Shown piece by piece: positions 1-39,599 of a DNA stretch of 64,000 bases; positions within the stretch are counted from its first letter, which is position 1, and each line of letters begins with the position of its first letter. Under the pieces are notes generated by a model. The model did not search any database, was not told where the DNA came from, and saw nothing but the letters and a program-made list of their open reading frames with translations. The DNA is from the human T2T-CHM13v2.0 reference genome, Homo sapiens, in NCBI RefSeq assembly GCF_009914755.1, contig NC_060925.1; one strand, written 5' to 3'. The translations under genes and the position numbers were made by a program.

Positions 1-1080
<1,080 letters not shown>

Positions 1081-1082
1081 AC

Positions 1083-1376
1083 AGCTGGGTGTGGTGGCTC
1101 ACCCCTGTAACCCCAGCACTTTGGGAGGCTGAGGCAGATGGATCACCTGAGGTCAGGAGTTAGAGACCAGCCTGGCCAACATGGCGAAACCCCGTCTCTA
1201 CTAAAAATACAAAAACTAGCTGGGCATGGTGACATGTGCCTATAGTCCCAGCTACTCGGTAGTCTCAGACAGGAGAATTGCTTGGACCCAGGAGACGGAG
1301 GTTGCGGTGAGCCAAGATTGCACCACTGCATTCCCACCTGGGTGAGAGAGCGAGACTCCATCTCAAGAAAAAAAGA
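1083..1376 (+). mobile_element. Alu at the junction of the AQP10 duplicate and the MER41 LTR
   Basis: Full Alu dimer with A-tail; no convincing TSD. Confidence 0.9.
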
Positions 1377-6375
<4,999 letters not shown>

Positions 6376-7313
6376 AGATTAGGCACCAGGAGAAACTGAC
6401 ACACATGGATGATATAACAGATGCCTAAATGGATCCTATGGGGGAACTGGAGCTGGAACAGCCCTTTAGAGTTGTCGCAAAGTGAGGCAAAGAGGCTAGA
6501 CTTTTATATCCCTCCATCAATCAGTGTTTGACATGGGCCCCATAGGAGGGCATGTAACCTTCGGTGAGGCATCTTTCTGACTTGAAGGGCATTGCCCAAT
6601 GAGGGAGGTAGCTATGTGGTATCAGCAGCTGGTATTTCCTACATGTAGCGAATGGGCATATTGGCTCCCAAGGGGGAATCTGGGTGGAGCACTATAGTAT
6701 CCATTAAACCTAGTAAAGAAATATTATTTCTTTACTAGTCACACAGATGTGCCCAGGACAGTGGTAGAGCCCACAGGGTTACATAAATCATAATGGTAGC
6801 CCTCAAGAACTTCATAAACTGTATATGGTATTTTAAAAAGTTGCATATTGTCTGTTTCCACCTACTAGAACATAAGCTCTAGGAGGGCAGAGACTATGTT
6901 TTGTTCACCACTGTTTCTCCAGTGTCTAGACGTAGATTCTTTGAATGCATTTAATTGGAGCCTTGAGATATGAAGAAGTAGGATGCGGTTACTTCATGCA
7001 GAGCAAGAGTGGCATGCACCCAGAGAAGGCCAGGTGGAGCTCAGCATGAGTGTGAAGGCCTCATGTCAAGCCATGTCAGGGGACACAAAGATGGAGTATT
7101 CTCTAACCTATGTGACACTCGGCATAAGGGAAGTACAAGCACTCAATATGTGAGTTTCATTCCCACAGTCTGTGGTCTTTAGCCCAGTCTTTCCAGATGC
7201 CTATTGAGTTCTTCAAGCATCCAAATGGTTTGGGGTAAGGCTTCAGGTTCTAAATGAGAGGCTTTGTGGGTTACCAGCTGGAGAGTCAGAAAATCTGGAT
7301 TTGAATTCACTCA

Positions 7314-7628
<315 letters not shown>

Positions 7629-7727
7629 TAGTAGAGATGGAGTTTCACCATGTTGGCCAGGATAGTCTTGATCTCCTGACCTCGTGATCTGCCTGCCTCG
7701 GCCTCCCGAGAAACCAAGTCTTTACTA

Positions 7728-8004
<277 letters not shown>

Positions 8005-8321
8005 CTATGAAGCGGGGTACTTCCTTCTATTTGTCAGGATGGGGGAGGCTAGTCCTGTGATGACTGGGAATGAAGGGTAAAAGAGACAGAGGTTGGGTAA
8101 ACTCCAGGCTCTGTGTTCATAGCCTGCTCCCAGACATTCTCTTGTTATCTCTCTGTTTCCTAGCCTACACACGTGCACAGACACGTAGCTGCTGTTCAGG
8201 AACTGAGCTAATGGTTTTAAAGTCTGTTCCTTATCTTTGCTGGAGGCAGGCAGTAGCTGTGCAGTGACAGTGTGCCTATGCAGACAGAGGGAGCAGTGAA
8301 TAGCAATAGGGTGTTTCCACC

Positions 8322-8426
8322 ATGGTCTTCACTCAGGCCCCGGCTGAAATCATGGGCCACCTCCGGATACGCAGCCTCCTGGCCCGGCAGTGCCTGGCAG
8401 AGTTTCTGGGTGTGTTTGTACTCATG
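8322..8426 (+). CDS. AQP10: AQP10 coding exon 1
   Basis: Kozak ccaccATGG; MVFTQ...FVLM; GTAGG donor. Confidence 0.96.
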
Positions 8427-11400
8427 GTAGGTAGGATCACTGCGGGAAGGAAAGAAGGGGGTTGGGCAAAAGTTCCTGGCTCCTTCTGTTGTCCTTATCT
8501 CTTTCTCTTGGTGTCCCCCTTCCTCTCAACTCCCTATCACTTTTCGTTTTTATCCTCTCGTCTCTCCTAATCTCCTTTCCTCTCCTACTTCATCATTTTT
8601 ATTCTTGTCATTTTTATTCTTTCTTTAATAACAAGTGTATCATAGTTCTTGAAACATAATTTTTCTCTCTTCAGTTTCCCATTTTTATGAAAGACCATTT
8701 TCATGGTAAGACCAATGTGCTTTATTATACTTGGCCTGATGATTGTATAAAGTGCAGCAAGAATAATTATTTTTCACATAGGCTTTTAAAATTGGCTTTG
8801 ATGGAACTCTTCCATAGAAAGAATCTTAGATAAGACTTTTTAAAGCTGAGCCCTGCCATGGGTTTGTACCCTCAAATGCCTATGAGTTGGGTAAATTCTT
8901 TTCTTTTTTCCCACATTCTTTCCCTTTCTTCTTCCTCCACTTTCCCCATTTCTTTTCCCTTCCCTCCTTCTGCTTTTCTCCTTCCCTTGCTTGTCTTCTG
9001 TGCTCATTCATCTCCTTGGCTGCTCCCCTGGCCTTCCCAACCTTTCTCCCTGTTGGTCTCCTGGGCTCCCTGTTCCTCATCTCTCCTCTTCTCAGCAGCT
9101 CCTCACCCAAGGAGCTGTGGCCCAGGCTGTCACCAGTGGAGAAACCAAAGGCAACTTCTTCACCATGTTTCTGGCTGGCTCTCTGGCCGTTACGATAGCC
9201 ATCTACGTGGGTGGTAACGTCTCAGGTGAGGAGGGTGGGGTCTGGTCATCAGAGCACGTGGGATGTGCATGCCAGTTTGTCTGTCTGGTGATGGTGGAAA
9301 CGCAAATCCTTCTGTGACTCGTGGACATTATCCCCTTGAACAGTGTCCCAGACTGAAATAAGCCTTTGGCCCCACCAGCCCCTCCTCTTTCTGTATCTCT
9401 CCATCCTGCTTCCTCACACTAATGCTTGGCTCACCTAGACAGAAATCAATGGCAGGGCACGAAGGGCAGCTGCTATCCTCTTGTATCCCCCACCTGAAGT
9501 CCTCTGGGGGCTCATCTCCACTCAGGACCTCTCCTGTTTGTACCCCAGATACACACTGCATCGGTGTGCTTGGGTGGAGCCTTGAGACATAGTGTGTTGC
9601 TGTGGAAAAAGCAGACAGACCTAGGTTCCAACTTTGGATTCACAGTGTCTTCTTCTTTTTTTTTTTTTTTTTTTCTTTTTTTTTGAGATGGAGTTTCACT
9701 CTGTTGCCCAGGCTGGAGAGCAGTGGTGTGATGTCTGTTCACTGCAACCTCTGCCCCTGGGTTCACGCGATTCTCCTGCCTCAGCATCCCGAATAGCTGA
9801 TTTTACAGGCACCTGCTACCACGCCTGGCTAATATTTGTGTTTTTAGTGGAAACGGGGTTTCACCATGTTGGCCAGGCTGGTCTGGAATTCCTGACCTCA
9901 AGTGATCCACTGCCTCGGCCTCCCAAAGTGCTGGGATTACAGGCGTGAGCCACTGTGCCTGGCCCACAGTGTGACTTTGCTAAGTCACTTAACATCTGTA
10001 ACATCTGGAGCCTCAATTTCCTAAGCTGTGTGATGAGAATTACACTATCTGCCTTAAGAGCTATAGGAAGGAGCAGTAGTGTTGTCTGGTGACAATGCCT
10101 GGCAGTGACACTTAATAGATGCTCTTTTTCTTTCCTTGATACTTGAAGGGGCCCACCTGAATCCAGCCTTCTCCCTGGCCATGTGCATCGTTGGACGCCT
10201 CCCCTGGGTCAAGCTCCCCATTTACATCTTGGTGCAGTTGCTGTCTGCTTTCTGTGCTTCGGGAGCCACCTATGTTCTCTACCATGGTGACAGAGGGAAC
10301 AGAGGGAGCTGTGCCTTGAGAGCACCTGTGGGTGGGCAGGGGTGCCTCAGAATGGTTTTGGATGAATGAGCAAAGAGGGAAATCCTGGGTGTTCCCTTCC
10401 TCCACAGATGCCCTACAGAACTATACAGGTGGGAACCTGACAGTGACTGGCCCCAAGGAGACAGCCTCCATTTTTGCCACCTATCCTGCCCCCTATCTGT
10501 CCCTGAACAATGGCTTCCTGGATCAGGTAAGTGTGAGGGGGAGACCTGGGGACACTACTTTGGTCCTGTTCCTCGGCACCCCAGCCTATTGTTCAGTCTC
10601 TGGGTGGAGTGTGGGTTGGGTCTATCTTGGCACTCCCCACCATCCCCAACTGCCTGTGTTGCACAAAGCCAGATGACATGGAATATTTGGATGAGAGAGG
10701 GCAGATGGAGCACCTGGCAGCTGACAGGGAACCCTCTGCCTCTGTTGACTCCAAGGTTCTGGGCACTGGGATGCTGATTGTGGGGCTCTTGGCCATCCTG
10801 GACAGACGGAACAAGGGAGTCCCTGCGGGTCTGGAGCCTGTGGTGGTGGGGATGCTGATCCTGGCCCTCGGGTTATCCATGGGTGCCAACTGCGGGATTC
10901 CACTCAACCCTGCCCGGGACCTGGGCCCACGTCTCTTCACCTACGTGGCTGGCTGGGGTCCTGAAGTCTTCAGGTGGGAGACAGACTCTCCTGGTGCTGG
11001 CCTCCACTCACCTTCCTCTGCTAAGGGCTCTGTCCCTGGGTCCACAGCACTCTGCCTTTAAAATAGCTCTCTTGGCTTCTTAGGACAGTGTTCTTTCTCC
11101 AAGTCATATTCTCCCCCTTTCTCCCTTGCTTCCCTCCCAACTTTTCACTGAAACAGTAAGATTTAGAGGTTGTGTTCTTAGGCATGCCACATTACTTCCA
11201 TGCACATTAGTGACTTCATCAGCAAAATTAATATATTCAGATAATTCCCTAAGGCAAGAGGCTGGACCAAGCTCTCCTGGGGTTCCCTCTTCTAAATACT
11301 ATGCTTTGGTGACAAGGCAATCCTCTTCCTGGTGTCTACCACCCTGGGAACAACTTTAGGGCACTCTCTTGTTACTGCCCCCCGTCCTTGGAGAGGGGAA

Positions 11401-11647
11401 GGCTAAGGGAGTCACTCCTGATACCTTCCCACTGTCCTTCTTTTGCAGTGCTGGTAATGGCTGGTGGTGGGTGCCTGTGGTGGCCCCTCTGGTGGGGGCC
11501 ACCGTTGGCACAGCCACTTACCAGCTGTTGGTGGCTCTGCACCACCCTGAGGGCCCAGAGCCAGCTCAGGATCTGGTGTCTGCTCAACACAAAGCCTCAG
11601 AGTTGGAAACTCCTGCCTCAGCTCAGATGCTGGAGTGTAAGCTATGA
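8322..11647 (+). CDS. AQP10: Aquaporin-10 (aquaglyceroporin), 301 aa; join(8322..8426,9099..9225,10149..10286,10408..10526,10756..10973,11449..11647)
   Basis: All introns GT-AG; exons sum to 906 nt. [18 protein letters not shown]...QMLECKL. NPA at 10160-10168, glyceroporin NPARD at 10906-10920. Confidence 0.98.
8624..8900 (-). repeat. Inverted copy of MER41-internal segment 4424-4702 in AQP10 intron 1
   Basis: Reverse complement matches 4424-4702 with 7 substitutions and one 2-nt indel (manual count). Confidence 0.92.
9099..9225 (+). CDS. AQP10: AQP10 exon 2
   Basis: LLTQGAVAQ...GGNVS; CAGCAG acceptor, GTGAG donor. Confidence 0.96.
9649..9964 (-). mobile_element. Alu in AQP10 intron 2
   Basis: Reverse Alu; flanking cacagtgt repeated on both sides. 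Confidence 0.9.
10149..10286 (+). CDS. AQP10: AQP10 exon 3 (first NPA)
   Basis: [10 protein letters not shown]...VLYH. Confidence 0.96.
10408..10526 (+). CDS. AQP10: AQP10 exon 4
   Basis: DALQNYTGG...GFLDQ. Confidence 0.96.
10756..10973 (+). CDS. AQP10: AQP10 exon 5 (NPARD)
   Basis: VLGTGML...[11 protein letters not shown]...EVF. Confidence 0.96.
11449..11647 (+). CDS. AQP10: AQP10 exon 6 (coding part)
   Basis: AGNGWWWVP...LECKL*. Confidence 0.96.
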
Positions 11648-12468
11648 TTAGGACAACCCTCACTTCACTCATGGACCCTGGAGCCAGCCACTGACCCCGC
11701 CTGGGAACAACAGTCATTCTTCCTCTTTGTTAATGTGCCAGAACCTGGGAGGCTTCTCTGTTTATCTGTTTGGCATCCCTTCCTCCTAAACTAAGAAGGA
11801 TCCTGGACAGGGAGAAGTGGAGGAGGATAAGGTACCAGGACTCAGGCTTCTCATCCCCTCCTCCCGCAAAGCGGTTTTCTGACCCTCAGGGCCTCTCGGA
11901 ATGTAGTTGCTCGAGGTAACCGCTAGAGGGTGCGCACCTGGATGCTGGATGGGGACGGCTGCGGGCATCTGCAGGGTGGAGGGGGCCACCATCCAGTGTA
12001 GGGCACAACCCTGGGGACTGCCCTCCATAGCCTGTCCCGACTGCCGACTCCTAGCTCTCATCGCCTCGGCGCCTCCCACCTTCACCCTCTCGGGGATGCC
12101 TCCCCAAGAGGGTAGTTAGGGGTGGGGAAGCCGCCTCCACCCAGGGGGCGTGGTGGGGGCGGAGGGAAGGAGGGCGGCGGGGCACAGAGACAGAGAGCAA
12201 GGCTGTGAAACTGAGGCACCGTTCCTAGACATCTCGGTGCTGTGTCGTTCATTCAAGGAGAGTTGAGATACAGTGAAATGAGCCAGGGCGAGGAGGGAGG
12301 GTGAAGGAACGGAGGGCGGGCGGCTCCGAGGAGCGAGAGTCGGGCTGAGGGCAACCTGGCGCCAGGGAAAATTCTGGTTATTCACCACTTCTACAGCTCT
12401 CCTGCCGCTCCCTGCAGAGGATGCTCGTTTTGCAGAGAAGGCAGTGTTCCTCTATTCCCTTCTTCCGA

Positions 12469-12474
12469 ATTAAA
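12469..12474 (+). terminator. AQP10: Probable AQP10 polyadenylation signal (ATTAAA)
   Basis: Only poly(A) hexamer noticed between the AQP10 stop and the ATP8B2 start; T-rich tract downstream (~12507-12520). Confidence 0.65.
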
Positions 12475-12689
12475 AATACCCCCTCAGAGCGATCTAGCCT
12501 CCCGAATTGTTTTTTCTTTTAAGATGCGGATGGACGTACGTGTGGGGGCATCCCAGCCCAGCCACGCCGAGGCTCGGAAGGGCTAAGACCCTCCCACTGC
12601 CCCGCACAAAGATGGCTGCTCCCTCCTCCCCGCTCCTTCTCCCCTCCCCAAAACCCCCTCCCGCCCCCCGGCCCCCGCCGCCGGCTCCG

Positions 12690-12869
12690 TCACTTCCGCC
12701 CCGCCGTGGCCGAAACTGACACAAAGTAGCGGGCCGAGGCCCCGGGGGAGCGGGGCCGCAGCTGGGGGGGCGGGAGCCCGTGGGGAGCCGAGCCGAGCGC
12801 CCCCCGCCCCAGCCCCCGGCATGGGCAGTACGGGGCCGCCGGGGCGGGCGCCGAGCGCTGAGCGCTGAG
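12690..12869 (+). other. ATP8B2: ATP8B2 non-coding exon 1 (5' end approximate)
   Basis: Strong donor GAG|GTGAGG at 12869/12870 within the CpG island. Confidence 0.75.
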
Positions 12870-14966
12870 GTGAGGCGAGGCGAGGCGAAGCGGGGGCGCC
12901 CGGGAGCGCGGGGCCAGGAGGGCAGAGGGAGATGCGGCCGCAGCCGCGGGGCTGGAGGGGCCGGGGAGCGGGTGTAGACTGGGGAGCACCGGGGGCCAAG
13001 ATTTGGGAGCTGCGGCCAGACGGGGCGGGGATGGCGGCCGACTGGAGACGAGGGGCTGTCGGGTGCCCGGGGACGGGGCAGAGCGGGGGTCTGCGTACAG
13101 GATGGGAGGATGGGGTGCCGAAGGGGCGCGTGGAGAGCAGGAGAGCGGCGCGAGTGCCAAGGAGAAGCTCGTGCAGCCTTGGCCAGGGGAGACCCGCCCA
13201 GAGAGTTGTTGGGCGAGAGGAGTAACCGGGACCCGAGGGTTTGGTGCCTGGAGAAGGGAGTTTGGGCTGGTAGGCTTTGTCTCAGTAAGGTGGAGGTCTA
13301 TGCCTGAGGAAAACTGAGGGTGTCAGGAAGGGGCAGTAGCTCTGGGAGATGATAGCTGTGCCGGGAGCCCTGAGTTCTGTCCTTGGTGAGGGAAGGTGGC
13401 CCGAGCTCGTGTTGGTGGCCAGTGAGCTGGAGGTCTCGAGTTCCATTTCCTCCTGTTTCCCTGACCTGCCATCCTCCTCTGAAAGAAGTGGCCAGCCTTT
13501 GGGGCTCTTGCTTGTAAGGGAGCAGGGACCGGACCTATAGGAGGAGCTGTTTTCCTCCATGGAGCATTGCCTGCTTGCCGGGGCTGGCTATTTTTATCCC
13601 AAATGTGGCCGAGAGGGGGCTGGGGCTGGGTGACGGGGCAGGGCAACGTGGCTGATGGGCCTGACCTGCTCAGAAAACCCAGGCTGTGTGAGACTAAGAA
13701 GGAAAAGTGAGAGGGGATCCCAGTTCCCAGGTCTCTCCTCTCTTCCCCTTGGAATGATGGCCCCCCCAGAGGGGATGAGGTCTGGGGCCAAGCCTGCTTC
13801 CAGTCTCCCCAGGGTCTCAGAGGTAGAACAACTTTCCTGGTCCATATCCAGACTCCTGACTCCTGATGGCGTGTGCAGCTCCTACATTAACTCTTTCATG
13901 GGACTCAAACTCAGATGTTTAGGCTGATAGTGTTTCTTGATCCCTTCCTCCCCAAGGGCGGGGCTGCCTGTAGAACTTGTGATGCCCACTCTTGCATCCT
14001 TTAACCTCTCCCTGTGCTCCCCACCCTCCCGTGACTCATACTCAGACTGGGTGGAGACCCTGGCTGGGGGCCCTGGAGGAGGGCTTGGCATCTCTAAAAT
14101 ATGGATGAGGTTTTTCTTCCTGAGCCAGGCACCCTGGACTGCCATAGTTGGAGAAGGTCAGGGATGAAAAGGACTTCTGGCTTTCAGGATTGCCTGACTT
14201 GGTGTAAGGGCGGGATCTGAGCTAGCGAAGGGAGAACTGGTGTGGGTGACTGGGTTGTGGCCAGAATCTGTAATTATAGAGCTTAGCCAGACAGGCAATT
14301 AGTATCTCTTGGGGCTGACAGGTTGGTGGGGTGTGCCTGGTAGGCTAAAGGCAGAGGGAACCAAAGAGGATGAGGAGGTGAAAGGCCTTCCACCCAGACA
14401 AGGAAAGAGGAGGTGACTGACTGGCAGTTTCCTTTGGGCCAGGCTGGGGAGTAAGGATGAGGCTCTGCCTTGTAAGGCCAGGCCTTGAACCTTTTAGGAG
14501 AAAGGACATGGGAAGGCGGAAGCAGGCAGAGGCTTGTCTCACTGGTGCTCCCTAAGCCTGCACCCTGTGCCATACTGACTGGACTAGGCTTGGGGTGGGA
14601 GGGAGGGAGGGGCAAACTCCCCACCAGGGTTGGGAAGACCCCTCTGCCAGCCCAGAAGGGTGGCTGACCCAGGCTGAGGGGAAGCTGTTTAGGGACTGTC
14701 TGTGCAGAAAGTGAGGGCCATGCCTCTAATGTGAGCTCCCCTGGAGGAGGTGATAATGGAAGCCCTAGTAATGGGGGGTGGGGATGGCAGGGAACTTATA
14801 AGCCTTTCGAGAAGGGTGGAGCCTGCCCACCCTGTTTCCTGATGCCCTGCCAGGTGTTTCCTGGCTCATGTTCCCTCCACCCCACCCTTTGGGGAAACTG
14901 CTTTCTAGTAAGCACAAGCACTACTCATTGCCGCCAGAACACATGAGAGCCTCCATTGTCCCTGGG

Positions 14967-15028
14967 ATGGATACCTTGAGAGCTGTTCCCCTTTTTTCAA
15001 TATCTGGCCTCTTCTCCTTTCCCTACAG
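14967..15028 (+). CDS. ATP8B2: ATP8B2 alternative N-terminal exon (MDTLRAVPLFSISGLFSFPY-R), GC donor; gives ~1223 aa form
   Basis: Splicing AG|GC to acceptor 15272 reads in frame into VSHGIAGILLGEMAVCAKK. Confidence 0.6.
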
Positions 15029-15308
15029 GCATGGGCTTCTGTAAAGTCTCAGCCCCCCATGTCACCCAAGGCAGGGGCATGATGGGAGGTGGTGGGGAAG
15101 TCCCCTCTTTCCCAGGAACCCATCATGGCAGTAAGAGGAGAGACTGGGAGAAGGAGGCTGGGGGAGGGGCAGGGTCAGAGCTGGAGAAGAGGGTCTTCAA
15201 AAGAGGTCTCATGAGGGGAGGGAAGGGTTATCCTCAGCTTCCTGACCTCATTCGTCTGTCACTTCTTGCAGGGTCTCCCATGGGATTGCTGGGATCTTGC
15301 TGGGTGAG

Positions 15309-36284
<20,976 letters not shown>

Positions 36285-37215
36285 AGGCCGAGGATGGATG
36301 CCCTGTGCCAGTGACCAGAGCACCCAGGGCTGGCCAGTCACTGAGGGAACAGCGTCTCGGAACTGCTGGTCCTCATTCCTTGCTTCCCGTCCCCCCGGTA
36401 GACTCTGTCCTGCTGGTCCCACCACACATGGCTGGGACATCTGTTCCCAGCTGTAGGCCCTTCCACCAGCTGGGGAGCTAGAGGGAGCAGGCCCAAGGGC
36501 AGAGCAGAGGCTGAGGCACGGGGAGCCAGCCCCACTCGGGGACCAGAAGTGGAACCAAAAACAAGAAAAAACTGTGAGAGATTGTGTCTGCCCCTGCCCT
36601 GCCTGGGACCCACAGAGAGACTATAATCTCCTTATTTTTTTACTCCTACTCCCCAGAGGGGCCCTAGTGCCTCTGTTCCTGAATTACATAAGAATGTACC
36701 ATGCCGGGAAGCCAGAGACCTGCAGGGGCCTCGGCCCCTCACATCGTGTATGTCTCTCCTTGATTTGTGTTGTGTCCAGTTTGGTTTTGTCTTTTTTTAT
36801 TTGGCAAGTGGAGGAGGCTTTTATGTGACTTTTATGTTGTGGTTGGTGTCTTAACTCTCCTGGGAAAAGGAGGCTGGCACACACTGGGATGCCGCAGCCT
36901 GGCCGGCTGTGGGGTGGTTTGGGAGGATCCATGTCGGCTCTGCCTGCAGTGACCAGTGCTCTGTGGGGCAGAGGAGCTGACCAGGGAGGGAGGTACCCAT
37001 GAGCAGAGGGTAGTGGGAGAGTGTAAAGGAGGGTTTGGTCCTGTCTGCTTCCTCACCTTGAGAGTAAAGTGCTGCCCTCTGCCCCCAACACACACACATA
37101 TCAATTCCTGGATTCCTTAGTCCTGCTGGCCTTGGGCTGGAGCCTAGGAAAGTGGCCCCCAAATCCTTAGTGAGCTAAAGCTGGGTCTGAAATTTGGTCA
37201 GTGGGGAGGGGTAGT

Positions 37216-37533
<318 letters not shown>

Positions 37534-38449
37534 TCAGGGAGGCGTAGTTTTCTTTAATTTTAAATTTAAACCCAAGTTTATTGGCAGACTCCCTTTTGAC
37601 CTCCCTTTGCCTCCCCATCTGGTGCTTTCTTGCATCTACACCCCAGGGCCCTGTGGTGGGGCTGCAGGGGGAAGCTGTGCACCTGAGATGAGGCTGGAAC
37701 GGGAATTGGCCTCTCTGCTCCCTTCTTCAGTAAGCAAGGAGCCCCGCCCCTCAGGCCCAGCCTCTGGCAAGAGGTGGTGGAATCCTTGTGCCGGGTAGTA
37801 GAGGAGGATAAGGGCAAAACCAGGCCCAGGCCAGTGCCTGGCTTGGTCTGGATGGGACACTGTCAGAGTTTGGCCACAGCCTGTCCTTTACTTCATCCAC
37901 ACCTATGAAGCTATTCCCTAAATAAGGCATTTCCCAAGTTAGTCGCTACCTAATCAGCCTTGAGAAGAATCCTTTCCTCTTCTTTGATAGTGGGTCGGGG
38001 GATTCTTCAGGAATGGTTTGGAGCTGGGAGTGGGTAGGGGGATTTTAAATGTTCCATATGGGAGCCCCAAAGGAACTGGATGGGCTGCAGTGAGGTGGGG
38101 GCGGGTGGGCAGGGAATGGGAGAGGGGAAGTCTTGGCAGGGAAATCCCTTTTGGCCACACAGTTTACAAACCCAGTATCATGTCTGTCTGTGTGTCTCTC
38201 AAGGTGAGAGTCTGATTTTTATACCAAAGAGGAAATGATTTTTTTCATATTTTGTTTGTCTATATTATATAAATATATATATACAGTTATATATATATAT
38301 ATTATTTTTTGGTTCTCTCTCGTTTTTTAGGGAGGGAAGAAAGTACCAAGTTGCATTGAGCTGTAATTAAGGAACATTATAATTTATGACACATTTCTAT
38401 ACTTGCAAAAATTATATCATTTTATGGATATAAGAGAAAAATGCCTTTT

Positions 38450-38455
38450 TATAAA
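38450..38455 (+). terminator. ATP8B2: Probable ATP8B2 poly(A) signal, variant TATAAA
   Basis: End of the AT-rich distal UTR, followed by a GT/T-rich tract; no AATAAA seen nearby. Confidence 0.5.
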
Positions 38456-39599
38456 ATTTCAATTTCTGAGAAGTGTGTAATTTGTCTCTTTTCTGATGTT
38501 TAACCAAGACTGGTGGTGAAAGTAAAGACAGAAACTGTCTCTTAAATGTAATTGAGTGGGTAGATCTGGGATATCTTGGACAAATTGGAATCTGACTGGT
38601 GTGGGATAGCACCTCATCCATTTGCAGACCTCCCGGGATCTGAGTTTCAGCTGAAGATGAAGACGGGGCAGTGGGTGGTACTGAGCGGCATATCGTATGG
38701 ACTTTGGCTGGGTGCCTAGGACCTTGAGCTGTTTACCTTTCTCCAAACGCAGGCCAACCTGTCATCCCTAACACACGCCAGATGGATGTGTGTGTAGGGA
38801 AAGTACCTGGTAAATATTGTAAGGTTTTGTTTTTTAACTCTGCGCTTTTCCGCATGCCTCACATCTTCCTGGCTTCTCAAGTGAGTATCAAGGAAGCTAA
38901 AGTCTTATATTAAAGGGAGCTTTCCTCCAGGGAAGGGAGGGCGGATGAGGATGGGGTCCTAGGAGTCAGGGCCAGGGTTAGTGCTGGCCTGAGGAGAAAG
39001 AAGTATAGCTTCCTCCGCCGATGGCCAATATCAGCATGATCCAGCCCCACCCGCAGGCTAATTTCCCCCTGAGCCAGCCAGTCTTCAGTTATGGAACAAT
39101 CCTTCTCAAAAACGTAGACTGGGTGTGGTGGCTCAATGCCTGTAATCCCAGCATTTTGCGAGGCTGAGGCAGGAGGATCACTTGAGCCCAGCCCAGGAGT
39201 TCAAGACCAGCCTGGGCAACATGGGGAGACCCCGCCTGTATTAAAAAAAAAAAAAAAAAGGGTGGGGGAGCGGAGGGTGTATGGGGGGAAGATGTGAAGA
39301 TAAGATCTGTTTCCCTCTTCAGGAGAAACGGCCCCTGGCGGGAATCCCGCCACAGACCGCCAGGAACACCACCTGACACCCACCTCCACCCAGGGAGAGG
39401 CTGTCCAGTCCACACAAGCCTTTCTTTGGGGTCTGTCTGGAACCCTGAGCTTTGGGCAGCAAGTGGCATCTGGCTTCAGTGCCCCCACCCCCGAAACACA
39501 GAAAGAAGCCTTAATCCCTTGAGGCTGGTGAGGCCCCAAGTCCACCCCTCCCACAAGACAGGTCTTCAGCACTGCGCTGGCCTCCCATTGGGGGTCTGT

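Larger units (their letters stand above)
12100..13250 (+). promoter_or_regulatory. ATP8B2: CpG-island promoter of ATP8B2
   Basis: Very GC/CpG-rich; GC boxes; YY1-like AAGATGGC 12609-12616; ETS-CRE-like CGTCACTTCCG 12688-12698. Confidence 0.85.

Noticed and set aside
6376-6710. Possible old ERVL (LTR16-like) fragment beside the MER41 3' LTR
   Set aside because: Family cannot be assigned confidently by eye.
12494-13317. Overlapping Pro/Gly/Arg-rich ORFs on both strands
   Set aside because: Expected stop-codon scarcity in a CpG island.
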